This document shows, in pieces, positions 11,170 through 21,937 of a stretch of 64,000 bases of DNA. Position 1 is the stretch's first letter. Each line of letters begins with the position of its first letter. The notes beneath the pieces are model-generated. The model saw only the letters and a program-made list of their open reading frames with translations. It was not told the DNA's origin and did not search any database. Origin of the DNA: an uncultured Brevinematales bacterium (GTDB taxonomy: Bacteria; Spirochaetota; Brevinematia; DTOW01); assembly GCA_964475465.1 (NCBI GenBank), contig CAYYXA010000005.1:5202-69201 (forward strand), written 5' to 3'. The position numbers and the translations under genes are program-made.

Positions 11170-11374
11170 TTCTTAACAGTACAAGTATAAAACAAATCTA
11201 TAAAAAACTCAAAAAAAAAGATTTCATAAAAAATTCAAAGATAACCTCATGACCTGAGACTTTTGTTTAGAATACCAAATATAAGCAAAATCTAAGGTTT
11301 TTGAAAAAGGTTCAACATAGAATTTATAATTACACTCAAAATTTTAATTTCTTAAAAACAAAGGAGGGATAATT

Positions 11375-12196
11375 ATGGCAGATATGGAGACTATAAAAGC
11401 ACTCAAAGAAAAAACTGGTGCCGGTCTCATGGATTGTAAAAAAGCCCTAGAGGAAGCAGGTGGGGACGTTGAGAAAGCAATAAAAATACTAAGGGAAAAA
11501 GGATTTGCTGCTGCCGAGAAGAAAGCAGACAGAGAGGCAAAGGAAGGGCTTGTCTATATTAACATCTCTGGAGACAAAGGCATAATAATTGAGGTTAATT
11601 GCGAAACAGACTTCGTTGCTAAAAACGAGGAATTCAGGGAATTCGTCAAAAGAGTAGCTTCCTACATATTCGAAAAAGAGCTAACATCTATCGATGACAA
11701 AGTAGAAGAAATGAGGAAAGAAGCTATAATGAAATTCGGAGAAAACACAATCGTAAAGAGATGGGAAATACTAAAGCTCGACAAAGGCAACATCTTTGAT
11801 ACTTACCAGCACGGTGACAAACTTGGAGTAGTTGTTGAAGGCAAAATTGACTTATCCTCAGAAGAGGCGAAATCTCTTCTACACGATATTGCTTTACAAA
11901 TCGCTGCCATGGCTCCACAAGTCGTAAAAAGCGAAGATCTAGATAAAGACTTTGTAGAGTCTAAGAAAAAAGAGTTCATTCAAGAGATGGTAAACCTTGG
12001 TAAGCCAGAAAACATAGCGGAGAAGGCAGCAATTGGCAAACTACAAAAGCTATTCTCTGAATTGTGTCTGTACGATCAACCATTCATAAAGGACGAGAAA
12101 GGAGAAAAAACCATCAAGGACATAATAAATGAATACAAGAAGAAGACAGGTAAAGAATTTGAGATTATAAGATTCGTAAGGTTTCAAATTGGATAA
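11375..12196 (+). CDS. tsf: Elongation factor Ts.
   Basis: N-terminal UBA-like block IKALKEKTGAGLMDCKKALEEAGGDVEKAIKILREKG. Strong RBS AAAGGAGGG 7 nt upstream. Confidence 0.9.
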   Translation: MADMETIKALKEKTGAGLMDCKKALEEAGGDVEKAIKILREKGFAAAEKKADREAKEGLVYINISGDKGIIIEVNCETDFVAKNEEFREFVKRVASYIFEKELTSIDDKVEEMRKEAIMKFGENTIVKRWEILKLDKGNIFDTYQHGDKLGVVVEGKIDLSSEEAKSLLHDIALQIAAMAPQVVKSEDLDKDFVESKKKEFIQEMVNLGKPENIAEKAAIGKLQKLFSELCLYDQPFIKDEKGEKTIKDIINEYKKKTGKEFEIIRFVRFQIG

Positions 12197-12244
12197 TGAC
12201 AAAAGGTTCTGTCCATTATTTTGGTGTATTACTAGGGGGTAGAA

Positions 12245-13501
12245 ATGTTCATTTACAATCTTTTTCCTAGGCTCTACGGACCATTTAGCAGATGGATAGA
12301 TGATCTAGACAGGATAAAGGATCTAGGTGTAGACTGGATATATGTAAACCCGGTATCTTATCCCGGGTTTTCCGGTAGCTTGTATTCAATAAAAGATCAT
12401 TACAAATTCAATCCTCTGTTCCTAGATCCCAACTCAAAAAAATCACCAGAGGAACAATTCAAGGATTTCATCAAGGCTTGTAAATCAAGAGGAATAAAAG
12501 TAATAATTGACTTAGTAGTGAATCACACTGCTATAGATTCAGTACTCGTGGAGAAACACCCTAACTGGTACAAAAGAGACGAAAACGGGCAAATAAAGAG
12601 GCCAGGAGCATGGGATAACGGTATGTGGGTTGAATGGGGAGATCTGGCAGAACTAGATAATGAAAACAGTTCCGATAAAAGAGTGCTATGGAATTATTGG
12701 AAAGACCTAATAGAATGGTACATAGATTTAGGAATTGATGGGTTCAGATGCGATTATGCTTATAATGTTCCCGTAGAATTGTGGGAGTTTTTAATAAAAA
12801 ACGCGAAGTCTAAGAAAGAAGACGTCATATTTTTAGCTGAGATACTTGGAGGCCCCTTCGATAAAAACCTAGAAGTTGCAAAATCCGGTTTCGATTATGT
12901 ATTTAGCAGTGCTAAATGGTGGAATTTCTCAGATGCCTGGTTTATAGAACAAACAAGAGAGTTCTCAAAGTACGTCAAGTCGATAGCCTTTCCTGAATCC
13001 CATGACACTCCTAGGTTAAACGCAGAGTATGAGGAGGATTTAGCTAAAATAAAGCAAAGATTTATATTCACGGCCTTTATAAATGAAGGCTTAATGATAC
13101 CCGTAGGCTTTGAATTTGGCTTCATTAACAAGCTAGACGTAGTAAAAACAACCCCAGATTGGTGGGAAATACCATCTTATGACATCTCTAAGTTCATAAA
13201 GTACATAGTCGAAATCAAGAGAAAGCATACTATACTGTCATATGATGCTACATCAGTAGACATGCTAGAAAATAGTCCTGACATTTCAATGTTTGTAAAA
13301 AGGAATAAACTAACAGATCAAATTGCACTTTTCGTTGTCAACAAAAACGTAACATCAAAAGTAAAGAGAATACTGGATTTCCCGAGCATTTTCGGCTATT
13401 ATGATACTATAGATGTAATAGATAACGTCGTAATGCCTAAGTATGCTGAAGTAACAATACCGAGAGCAGGTATAAAGGTTTTCGTAAACAAGATACACTA
13501 A
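12245..13501 (+). CDS. Intracellular GH13-family alpha-glucan-active enzyme (alpha-amylase family).
   Basis: GH13 regions I-IV are all present: VIIDLVVNH, GIDGFRCDYA, FLAEILGG, FPESHD. No signal peptide. 418 aa. Confidence 0.7.
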   Translation: MFIYNLFPRLYGPFSRWIDDLDRIKDLGVDWIYVNPVSYPGFSGSLYSIKDHYKFNPLFLDPNSKKSPEEQFKDFIKACKSRGIKVIIDLVVNHTAIDSVLVEKHPNWYKRDENGQIKRPGAWDNGMWVEWGDLAELDNENSSDKRVLWNYWKDLIEWYIDLGIDGFRCDYAYNVPVELWEFLIKNAKSKKEDVIFLAEILGGPFDKNLEVAKSGFDYVFSSAKWWNFSDAWFIEQTREFSKYVKSIAFPESHDTPRLNAEYEEDLAKIKQRFIFTAFINEGLMIPVGFEFGFINKLDVVKTTPDWWEIPSYDISKFIKYIVEIKRKHTILSYDATSVDMLENSPDISMFVKRNKLTDQIALFVVNKNVTSKVKRILDFPSIFGYYDTIDVIDNVVMPKYAEVTIPRAGIKVFVNKIH

Positions 13502-13505
13502 TTAT

Positions 13506-13579
13506 TCGGGCCAGTGGGACTTGAACCCACGACCTCACGCGCCCGAAGCGTGCGCGCTAGCCATCTGCGCTATGGCCCG
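13506..13579 (-). tRNA. tRNA-Pro (anticodon CGG).
   Basis: The reverse complement folds as a cloverleaf: acceptor CGGGCCA/TGGCCCG, D-stem GCGC, anticodon stem CACGC/GCGTG with loop TTCGGGC (U33, CGG, G37), T-arm GTGGG-TTCAAGT-CCCAC, discriminator A. Confidence 0.8.
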
Positions 13580-13622
13580 CCTAGCATAAATATGATAAAT
13601 GTTCAAAAGATCTCTATACAAT

Positions 13623-14846
13623 TTAGTTACCACTGAACGTGAATCCTTGTGTTCGATTATAAGCTGAAATGAAGTCCAAAACACCATTAGAAACCAGTTC
13701 CGCAACCCGTTTCTGATAAGCTTCGTTTACCAACAACTTCGCAGATTCAGGATTAGATATGTACCCTACTTCTAAAAGAACAGAAGGTACAGGTATGTAC
13801 TTTATGACATAAAACGGCCCACCCTTTATCTTCAATCCTTGATCAAGGGGTCTCAGTTGATTTGCCACCTTTTCCGACAAAATCCTACTCTCCTCCATAA
13901 GAGCAACACTTCTTATTTTACCTATCACTTTTTCAAGTTCACCTACCCTCTGAAGCTCTCTTTTATCAATAAAGGAATTCTCAAACGCCAACGTTTCCCT
14001 AGATTCACTATCAACCGCTTTATCACTTATAAAATAAACTTCCATTCCCTTCTTCGACTTAACAGGTGAAGCATTCATATGAACACTAATGAAAAGTCCA
14101 TACCCTCTCGTACTCTTTAAAAGATTATTAGCTAGATTAGCTCTCTCTTCAAGAGAGAGATAAATATCTCTATCCCTACTCATGTAAACTTTCACATCCT
14201 TAGGAACTTTTTTTAATAACTCATTATATATCGCTATAGCATACTTCAGTGTTAGGTCCTTCTCCATGATACCATTGTGTACTGCTCCAGGATCTTTACC
14301 ACCATGCCCAGCATCAACAATAATAAACTTTATCGGCACGAAGCTACTACCACCTAAAATTACTTTCGATTGATAATTATCCGGAGAAGAAGAAACACCG
14401 CTACTTTTAGCTTTATCCACAAGAATTAATTCATTCTTATTAGTATCAGTATAAGTACTAGCATAAGTACTATCCTGTACTTTTGGCTTAGCAGTAGAAT
14501 AATTGCTCAAAATACAAGGAATTTCTAGAAGAGAAACTATATAATCCACCTGCGAAATAGAAAGGTAATAATTAAAATTTGACCTAATCAGTGAAGAAGG
14601 AAGAATAAAGTTGGAATTTATAATTCCGACAAACCTATTTTCAAAAAATTCTATGGTATTCGTGTTAAACTTAAGCAAAATTAATGCTCTGTAAGGATCA
14701 TAACTAATCTCCGCCCCAATAACCTTAGAAAAAGACACCAAATCAATAAGATTGTTTGTAAGATTAATAACTAATGAACTACCTAAAATTGGGAAAGTTA
14801 AAACAATACAAGCCAAAACTAAAAGCTTCTTGTACATGACCAACAT
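13623..14846 (-). CDS. N-acetylmuramoyl-L-alanine amidase (Amidase_3/AmiC-like) with an N-terminal secreted region.
   Basis: Catalytic block IIVDAGHGGKDPGAVHNGIMEKDLTLKYAIAIYNEL...VHMNAS is typical of the Amidase_3 zinc amidase. Signal peptide at the N-terminus. Confidence 0.8.
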   Translation of the reverse strand: MLVMYKKLLVLACIVLTFPILGSSLVINLTNNLIDLVSFSKVIGAEISYDPYRALILLKFNTNTIEFFENRFVGIINSNFILPSSLIRSNFNYYLSISQVDYIVSLLEIPCILSNYSTAKPKVQDSTYASTYTDTNKNELILVDKAKSSGVSSSPDNYQSKVILGGSSFVPIKFIIVDAGHGGKDPGAVHNGIMEKDLTLKYAIAIYNELLKKVPKDVKVYMSRDRDIYLSLEERANLANNLLKSTRGYGLFISVHMNASPVKSKKGMEVYFISDKAVDSESRETLAFENSFIDKRELQRVGELEKVIGKIRSVALMEESRILSEKVANQLRPLDQGLKIKGGPFYVIKYIPVPSVLLEVGYISNPESAKLLVNEAYQKRVAELVSNGVLDFISAYNRTQGFTFSGN

Positions 14847-15209
14847 TATAAATTACCAAGCAAACCAATATAAACTTCCCTGTAATCCAGTTAAAAACTA
14901 CCCATAAGCCACCTTATCAGCAAAACATAGAAAAAACAACATTTATAACCAAACACAATAATCTACTAGACAAAAAGTTTTAGGCCACCATGAGATATAG
15001 CCTAATTTGCAAAACACTTCATAACACTTTTTTGCAAAATAACGCTTAGACCCAAAACAGTTCTTCATTGAATACCCTAATAAGTAGAAGAGAGATGAAA
15101 GCCCCCACAAATACAACAGACAGGTGAAACTACTTAAATTAGTACGCAAATAGCACATCACACAAAATGGCACATTGCTTAGATGTACTTCCAACCAAAC
15201 AATTTTTAA

Positions 15210-15506
15210 CTAAGCTAAAAGGTATATAATTCTAACCAATACGTAATAAATAAGCTCTAAAATTAGGAATAACCAAAGAACCGATAAATCTAAGAAACCA
15301 ATTCTAGAAGGTATGTGACGACTTATAAAATTTAAAATAGGATCGGTAATGTACGAAATAGCATAAAAAACTTTAGATGAGTAAACATTATAATTGAACA
15401 TACCAATCCATGAAAATATAACTCTGACAAAAAGTATGAACTCATAAACCCTTATAAGGTTAGCCAAAAGTAATAAAGCAGTGCTTAGAATAGATGTACT
15501 TTCCAT
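15210..15506 (-). CDS. Small YggT-family-like integral membrane protein.
   Basis: 98 aa, two hydrophobic helices, Trp/Ile-rich pattern (VIFSWIGMF) reminiscent of YggT/Ycf19. Confidence 0.4.
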   Translation of the reverse strand: MESTSILSTALLLLANLIRVYEFILFVRVIFSWIGMFNYNVYSSKVFYAISYITDPILNFISRHIPSRIGFLDLSVLWLFLILELIYYVLVRIIYLLA

Positions 15507-15677
15507 AGAAACTTAATTATCAACAAAAACCTTACTATTAATCAATTATAGATTCTCTCCAAAAGTCAAAGGAACCAGAAACTCAAAGAAAGCCTAAGTT
15601 TGAAACTCTACGATATAAACTTTATAATGATAGCAATTTTAGAATCAATACCAAACAAAATCATGGAGGTTAAAATT

Positions 15678-17456
15678 ATGAAAAATTTAGCTAGCAGCGC
15701 AAAAGTAGAGAAATACCTAGAGGTAATCTTTTCGTTTTTTGAAAAATTCCCCATACTCGTTACCTGTCTCTATATACTATTCAGAACACTAAAATATGTA
15801 ATTTTCTACTACAGTATAGACATTTTCTTAGTAGAAAACGTTTCAGCAGAGCAAATAATTAATCTCGCAAGGCAGTTAATATCTATGCTAATTTTTTCTG
15901 TACCTATCTCTTTTATACTTTTTGTGATTTTGGTAAAACTCAGATATGGAATTCTAACTCTCTTTATACTTGAATTTTTCTACATCGCCCTCTACGTAAC
16001 TTACTACAATTATTTTGGCAATTATATCGCTCTGACGCAAGCAAAAAACCTATTCGAAGGTATTAAAGCATTTCCGACATTAAAAATTATATTTTCTCCT
16101 CACACTTTGCTAATTCCCTTGATTGATTTACCAATTGTTCTACTCTTACTATCCCAAAAAGTAAGACATGGTGTAAACGAATCCCTAAGAAAAAACAGGC
16201 TTGGAGTTATAATTACAATTCTACTGCTGATATCCATAGTTGGGCTAAGAGAATACTCTCTGTACAAAAAAGAGCGATCGCTCTTTCACTTTCTAACCCA
16301 CAGAATAGATAATTACTACGAAGACACATCTCTTCTAATAAGACATTACGGAACAGCATTCACTGCGTTGATTCACATACCCATGGCCCTAAACGAAAAT
16401 AAGATGATTGAAAAATTAATCAAGTATGGACCTAATAAAAAATTTCACAAAAAGGACAAAATCTATAACGTTGTCTTAATACAAGTTGAATCACTGGATA
16501 GCGAAGTGGTATCAATAGAGTTCAATAATAAGCCAATAACACCATTTCTCTATAGTTTAGCGAAAAAGTGTTATTTTTCTCCTTACGTTGTAGCTTACCA
16601 TTTTGGGGCGGGAGCTACCACAGATGCCGACTTCAGTATACTAAACTCTCTAGAAGCTTCACCCGAAGCACCACTGTTCAGCTTAAGAAACTACAACTTC
16701 CCTCAGGCTCTACCAAAACTATTCAAAGAAAACGGTTATGAAACGATAGCTTTTCACAACAATGAAGGGATATATTTCGGAAGGAAAACATCTCTTCCAT
16801 TGATGGGATTTGACAAGTTTGAAGATAGGCTTTCGATGAAACTAGAAAAGGTGTGGTGGGGAGCACCAGATGGCAAAATGTTCGAGTACATCCAGAACAA
16901 AATAATTAACCAAAATGAACCTTTTTTCTACTACATAATCACTATGTCATCACACGGGCCATTCGAACACATTTTAACACATTACCACTACACAAACGAA
17001 GAATATGATAACTGGAAAGAGAGTGAAGGTGAAACCGTAGCAAATTACTGGAATGCAATGTCGTATGTAGACAAGGAATTAGAAAAATTTGTAAGTTTCA
17101 TTATTACCAACCAGCCCAACACACACATACTAATAATAGGAGATCATTCTGCAAACGTTAAAGGCAAAACTTACACGATATCTGGCGCAAAGTTTAAAGG
17201 TAGAATTGTAGAACTTGTACCCATGTTCTTCATACCAGCAAAAAACTCTCATTACAAAAAACCTAAAGAGATAACCTTTGCTTTATCCCACTTAGACGTT
17301 GCACCCACACTAATAGATGCCTCAGGAATTGAGGCAGAAATAAAAACTTACGGAGATAGTATATTTTCAGAAAACATAGAAAACTCAGAAATTCCCTATT
17401 TAGGCTATTGGATAAACAGGAAAGAGATAACAAAAGCAACACTCTGGAAACAATAA
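15678..17456 (+). CDS. Membrane-anchored sulfatase-superfamily enzyme (LtaS/MdoB-like phosphoglycerol or phosphoethanolamine transferase).
   Basis: N-terminal multi-TM region followed by an extracytoplasmic alkaline-phosphatase/sulfatase domain (ITMSSHGPFEH, LIIGDHS). Start reset to the ATG at 15678, which follows GGAGG at -8. The track ORF starts upstream at 15600. Confidence 0.6.
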   Translation: MKNLASSAKVEKYLEVIFSFFEKFPILVTCLYILFRTLKYVIFYYSIDIFLVENVSAEQIINLARQLISMLIFSVPISFILFVILVKLRYGILTLFILEFFYIALYVTYYNYFGNYIALTQAKNLFEGIKAFPTLKIIFSPHTLLIPLIDLPIVLLLLSQKVRHGVNESLRKNRLGVIITILLLISIVGLREYSLYKKERSLFHFLTHRIDNYYEDTSLLIRHYGTAFTALIHIPMALNENKMIEKLIKYGPNKKFHKKDKIYNVVLIQVESLDSEVVSIEFNNKPITPFLYSLAKKCYFSPYVVAYHFGAGATTDADFSILNSLEASPEAPLFSLRNYNFPQALPKLFKENGYETIAFHNNEGIYFGRKTSLPLMGFDKFEDRLSMKLEKVWWGAPDGKMFEYIQNKIINQNEPFFYYIITMSSHGPFEHILTHYHYTNEEYDNWKESEGETVANYWNAMSYVDKELEKFVSFIITNQPNTHILIIGDHSANVKGKTYTISGAKFKGRIVELVPMFFIPAKNSHYKKPKEITFALSHLDVAPTLIDASGIEAEIKTYGDSIFSENIENSEIPYLGYWINRKEITKATLWKQ

Positions 17457-17496
17457 CCAAACTAATACAAGTAAGAAATTAAAAAACATTAGCAAA

Positions 17497-17525
17497 GGTA
17501 AGAGGTCCTCGTAAAACCTCTTACC
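17497..17525. terminator. Bidirectional hairpin terminator between a convergent gene pair.
   Basis: Perfect 10-bp stem GGTAAGAGGT / ACCTCTTACC with a 9-nt loop. T-rich run on the minus strand after it (UUUGCUAAUGUUUUUU), fitting a por operon terminator. Confidence 0.65.
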
Positions 17526-17533
17526 CTTATAAC

Positions 17534-18472
17534 TTATGCAACTCCGCAAATTTTCTTATACTTTTCGTAATTAGCAATAACATCTTGTTTAAACTTCTCA
17601 AGAAGTTCGGGATTCTTAAGGAGTTTGGCGAACCTTTTTTGTGATGATAAGAATTCTTCTATTGGCTTAAGCTGCTTTGGATTTGCTGGACTCCACTTAT
17701 AAACTCCGTTTTCGTACTCAATCAATGGCCAATAACCTGTCTCAACAGCCAACTTTGAAATAACTACTGCATCACCAACAGGCATATTCCACCCAGGAAT
17801 ACAAGGTGTCAGAGAAAGTATAAACGTAGGTCCTTCTATGGTCAAAGCCTTTTGGATTTTACTTATTAGGTCATTCCAGTGATATATGCTAACAGTTGCA
17901 GCATAGGGGATACCATGAGCAACAGCAATTGCAAAAAGATCCTTTCTTGGCTGAGTCTTTCCTGGTATTTTTTTACCAAAAGGTGCTGTAGTAGTGTCGG
18001 CATACAATGGCGTAGCACTACTTCTTTGATAACCCGTATTCATGTAAGCTTCGTTGTCGTAGGCAATATAAAGTATGTTATGTCCTCTTTCCAGAGCACC
18101 TGACAAACTCTGTAAACCTATATCGAAACTAGCACCATCTCCCCCAATAGCAACAAACTTCACTTTTCTGTCATCTTTTATCTTTCCCTTAGCCTTGAGA
18201 GCATAATAAGCTCTTTCTACACCTGATATTGCAGCCGGAGCGTTCTCAAACGCTACATGTAGCCAAGGGTACTTCCAAGCACTCTCAGGATACACACTGC
18301 TAGTAACCTCCAAACATCCAGTAGCATTAGCTATAACAACATCAACACCTACAGTTTTTGCAGCAATAAACAATTGTCTAACGAAAACAGCAACACCGCA
18401 GCCAGCACACATTCTGTGACCTTTAACATAAGCAGCTTCCATTCCAGCAATTTGCTTTAAATTAATAGCCAT
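17534..18472 (-). CDS. porB: Pyruvate:ferredoxin oxidoreductase beta subunit (TPP-binding).
   Basis: TPP/4Fe-4S region with CAGCG and GDGxxxDIG (IGGDGASFDIGLQSLSGALERGHNILYIAYDNEAYMNTGYQRS). Confidence 0.9.
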   Translation of the reverse strand: MAINLKQIAGMEAAYVKGHRMCAGCGVAVFVRQLFIAAKTVGVDVVIANATGCLEVTSSVYPESAWKYPWLHVAFENAPAAISGVERAYYALKAKGKIKDDRKVKFVAIGGDGASFDIGLQSLSGALERGHNILYIAYDNEAYMNTGYQRSSATPLYADTTTAPFGKKIPGKTQPRKDLFAIAVAHGIPYAATVSIYHWNDLISKIQKALTIEGPTFILSLTPCIPGWNMPVGDAVVISKLAVETGYWPLIEYENGVYKWSPANPKQLKPIEEFLSSQKRFAKLLKNPELLEKFKQDVIANYEKYKKICGVA

Positions 18473-18475
18473 AAA

Positions 18476-19696
18476 TTACCTCCCTAAAAGATTGGGATTT
18501 AATCCCACATAAACAATTTGGCCAGAGATACCTTCCTTTAAAGAGTATTCTGCATGTTCGTACATTTCATAAGCATCATCATCCGTGAAATCCCTACCAC
18601 CCAAGCCATAAATATAATCATTAACCAAAACATTTTTCTTACTAGCAAACAATCCGGAAGTTATGTCTTGGTAGAGGGGTGAACCAGTGGTACCTACGCT
18701 AAGAGCCCTATCCATGACAGCAATGAGTTTAGCAGAAGATATCAGCTCTAAGAACTTTTCTACCACAAAAGGCCTATAGACTCTAACCTTGATAACACCT
18801 ACCTTCTTACCTTTTTCTCTTAACTTATCAACTACATGTCTCACAGTTCCAGCAGTAGAATTCATAACAACAAAAACTATCTCTGCATCTTCTGTCTTAT
18901 AGGCCTCAAAGAAATCCATCTCCACACCAGTTTCATTATAAAACTCTTCAAAAACTTTCTCTATCACACCGATTGACCTATCCATTGCTTTCTTCATATC
19001 GACTCTGAACTCAAAGTAATGGGAGGGCATTGCCCACTCACCAGCAGATATAGGATTATCAAAGTCAAGAATGTTATAAGGTGCTCTATATTCACCTACA
19101 AACTTTTTCACAAAAGAGTCCTCAAATACATCGACAGCTTCAACACAATGACTTGTAATAAATCCATCTTGGTTAACTGCAACAGGTAAAAACACATCTG
19201 GATGCTCACCTATTCTAAAAGCAACGATATTGTTGTAATAAACCTCTTGTGGATTCTCCGAAAATAGCATTATCCAACCTAAATCTCTAATAGACATAGC
19301 ATCAGAGTGATCACAATGAATGTTAAGAGGAGCCGAAATAGCTCTATTTACAATATTCATGACAATCGGCAATCTCATCGAAGAAGCTATAGCCACTATT
19401 TCCCACATCAAGGCCAATCCTTGAGAAGACGTTGCAGTCATAGCTCTAGCACCGGACATTGCTGCTCCAACAACTGCACTTAAAGCACTATGCTCAGATT
19501 CAACTTGGATCATCTCAGTATTGACAAGCCCGTCAGCTACAAACTGAGCAAATTCCTGAACTATAGGTGTCTGAGGAGTAATAGGATAAGCAGCAACTAC
19601 ATCAGGCTCAACTTGCCTCATAACCTCAGCAGCTGCCTGAGCACCAGTTAAAGCCTTCCTAACAACAGAAACCTTTGCTACTACACCATCACCCAT
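18476..19696 (-). CDS. porA: Pyruvate:ferredoxin oxidoreductase alpha subunit.
   Basis: 406 aa with conserved alpha-subunit blocks (AAYPITPQT, MWEIVAIAS). It sits between the delta and beta subunits. Confidence 0.9.
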   Translation of the reverse strand: MGDGVVAKVSVVRKALTGAQAAAEVMRQVEPDVVAAYPITPQTPIVQEFAQFVADGLVNTEMIQVESEHSALSAVVGAAMSGARAMTATSSQGLALMWEIVAIASSMRLPIVMNIVNRAISAPLNIHCDHSDAMSIRDLGWIMLFSENPQEVYYNNIVAFRIGEHPDVFLPVAVNQDGFITSHCVEAVDVFEDSFVKKFVGEYRAPYNILDFDNPISAGEWAMPSHYFEFRVDMKKAMDRSIGVIEKVFEEFYNETGVEMDFFEAYKTEDAEIVFVVMNSTAGTVRHVVDKLREKGKKVGVIKVRVYRPFVVEKFLELISSAKLIAVMDRALSVGTTGSPLYQDITSGLFASKKNVLVNDYIYGLGGRDFTDDDAYEMYEHAEYSLKEGISGQIVYVGLNPNLLGR

Positions 19697-19708
19697 AAAT
19701 ACCTCCCT

Positions 19709-20002
19709 TCAAATCTCTGGAACCATATCTATAGCTTTAGTTGGACAAACATTAGAACAAATAGAACAACCTTTACAATAATCATAATCAAATCCTAACA
19801 TCTGTCCATCCTTAACAACTATACTATCATCCGGGCAATTCAGCCAACAAATCATACAATTCACACACTTCTCTTTATTCAAAACAGGCCTAAAAGATCT
19901 CCAACCACCTGTCTTATTCTCAACAGATGTACCACCTTCAGCATATCCCCCAGGGTTTATCAAAAACTTCTCTATCTCCCTATCTACTTTCAACATAATC
20001 AA
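19709..20002 (-). CDS. porD: Pyruvate:ferredoxin oxidoreductase delta subunit (2x[4Fe-4S] ferredoxin).
   Basis: Two CxxCxxCxxxCP motifs (CVNCMICWLNCP, CKGCSICSNVCP). Confidence 0.9.
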   Translation of the reverse strand: MIMLKVDREIEKFLINPGGYAEGGTSVENKTGGWRSFRPVLNKEKCVNCMICWLNCPDDSIVVKDGQMLGFDYDYCKGCSICSNVCPTKAIDMVPEI

Positions 20003-20583
20003 CCTCCTATAATTTCATTCATACCTTTCTCAAAAGCTAAAATATTCTTATTAACCCCTTCTTCTCCTAGCTTCTTAATAAACTTCTTCCTTATACTATC
20101 CTTAACTTTTTCAGGATCTACTATACCAACTAACTTAACAATAGCACCAAGAAGAGGAATATTAACAAAATTCCTTCCAAAAAGGTCAATAGCTATCTTA
20201 GTAGCATTTAAAGTATAAACCTTTACGCTATCAGGAATATTATACTTCTTCCTGACAGTACCCGGATCATAAGAGGTATTAACAATAATACATGAATTTT
20301 CTTTAATACCTTCCAAAACATTCTCAGCATTGAACAAACTCTCATCCATAACAACAACAATATCCGGCTTAGTTATCTGATAATGAACAGAAATCTTATC
20401 CTTTGAAATCCTACTATACGCCTTCATAGGCGCTCCTGTCCTCTCAGCACCAAACTCAGGAAACGATTGAGCATACATACCTATGTCTATAGCAGACTCC
20501 GCAAGAAGCTGAGCAGCTGTCTTAGCACCTTGCCCAGCCCTACCATGTATCCTTATATCATAAAACTCTTTTACCCCAACCAT
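19999..20583 (-). CDS. porG: Pyruvate:ferredoxin oxidoreductase gamma subunit.
   Basis: IRIHGRAGQGAKTAAQLLAESA matches the gamma-subunit fold. Start reset to the ATG at 20583 (MVGVKEF...), which follows AGGGGGT. The track ORF starts further upstream at 20628. Confidence 0.85.
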   Translation of the reverse strand: MVGVKEFYDIRIHGRAGQGAKTAAQLLAESAIDIGMYAQSFPEFGAERTGAPMKAYSRISKDKISVHYQITKPDIVVVMDESLFNAENVLEGIKENSCIIVNTSYDPGTVRKKYNIPDSVKVYTLNATKIAIDLFGRNFVNIPLLGAIVKLVGIVDPEKVKDSIRKKFIKKLGEEGVNKNILAFEKGMNEIIGG

Positions 20584-21046
20584 GATACCCCCTAGACTTA
20601 AGATTATAACAATTTTAACATTAACCAATCAAAAACTATAAAAATAAAAAAAATGCTATATAAATTGTATGAATTCTAAAGCCAAGAAGAAGTCGAGTTT
20701 CCTCCGAATTTACCTATTAGGTTGATCTCTCTAAAAAAGTAATCTCACACTTTTAAATTTAGCACTCTCGTATTTTACCACAGCACTGCTTCTAATAGCG
20801 TCATAGCCCCACTGAGGAACAGAGAAACACACTTACCTCAATTTCTGACAGTTAAACAGGAAAATACTACAATATCCCATATATCTAAGAATGTGCTAGA
20901 GTAACGTTACCTATCTTTGATGTTGTGATGCATGGCATCACAATTACCTTGTACATCCTGCTAAAAGCACTTTAAACTATCCTGCTCTTAAAATACAAAG
21001 CACTCTAAGCACGGTGTGTATAAGTACTTTATAATCAACTAACACA

Positions 21047-21937
21047 CTAAAACGTAAACACCAACAATTCAAATAGTTTGATAGTGAAATAAAATCCTAC
21101 CTTTATTACAATTGCTACTACTACACCACCCACAACGATGTAGAGAGGCATAAGTAACGAACTTTTCCTTATTCTCCACATCCACCCAAAAGTTACACTG
21201 AATAGCATAAAAATAAAACCTATCGTAGGCATAAATATTTTTTCATAAAGAATAAGGCTTATAGGTGATGATTTTATACCGAATACAGTAAATGAATCTC
21301 TAACTACCGGAAACTCCCAAATACTCATGAAATTTTCCTTTGAAATGTAAAAAAGAAGAACTTTTTCAAGATCACCCTCAAGCTTATAACTTTTCTTACC
21401 TAGAACAAGCTCTCTAGTTCCCGGAATGTATGACGAATTAGCAAAAAAGCCCTTCCCTGAAAAAGTATTTTTATCTACAAGATAAAGATTCCTCAAAACT
21501 ATATTCTTAGACTTGCCGTCATACTTAGCTTCACCTATAACAAGATAATTCCTTTTGTCAAAGCTTACAACAGCATCTTTGACCCCTTCCGTAGAAAATC
21601 TCTGTTTCACTAACGTAGGCATAATCAATTCCTGTAAAATACCTATAGTAACTAGCACAAATATGGCTAGCAAGAGCGAAGGCAAAAATAACCCTGCTGG
21701 TGAACTTGAAAAAAGCGAAGATATCTTATTATCCGGTAGCATGAATGTATAAACTATGAACACAGCTATACTACCCGCTACTGGAAGCTCTAGAACGATT
21801 ATCCTCAACAAATTAAAAACTCTATTCTTCTCATCACTTAATGAATTAGTTACCAAACTAGTGAACACAACCAAAACAATAAGAGTTATTATGAAAGAAA
21901 TGATTATCCTAATACTAACATAGCTTTGAGGTTTCAT
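21047..21937 (-). CDS. LptF/LptG (YjgP/YjgQ)-family permease-like membrane protein.
   Basis: Three N-terminal TM helices, a central soluble (periplasmic) segment of about 110 aa, then C-terminal TM helices. 4-bp overlap with its upstream paralog. Confidence 0.45.
   Translation of the reverse strand: MKPQSYVSIRIIISFIITLIVLVVFTSLVTNSLSDEKNRVFNLLRIIVLELPVAGSIAVFIVYTFMLPDNKISSLFSSSPAGLFLPSLLLAIFVLVTIGILQELIMPTLVKQRFSTEGVKDAVVSFDKRNYLVIGEAKYDGKSKNIVLRNLYLVDKNTFSGKGFFANSSYIPGTRELVLGKKSYKLEGDLEKVLLFYISKENFMSIWEFPVVRDSFTVFGIKSSPISLILYEKIFMPTIGFIFMLFSVTFGWMWRIRKSSLLMPLYIVVGGVVVAIVIKVGFYFTIKLFELLVFTF

Noticed and set aside
14943-15194. Cys-rich 83-aa minus-strand ORF between the amidase and the YggT-like gene.
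   Set aside because: No RBS, odd composition, no recognisable fold. Probably a non-coding spacer.
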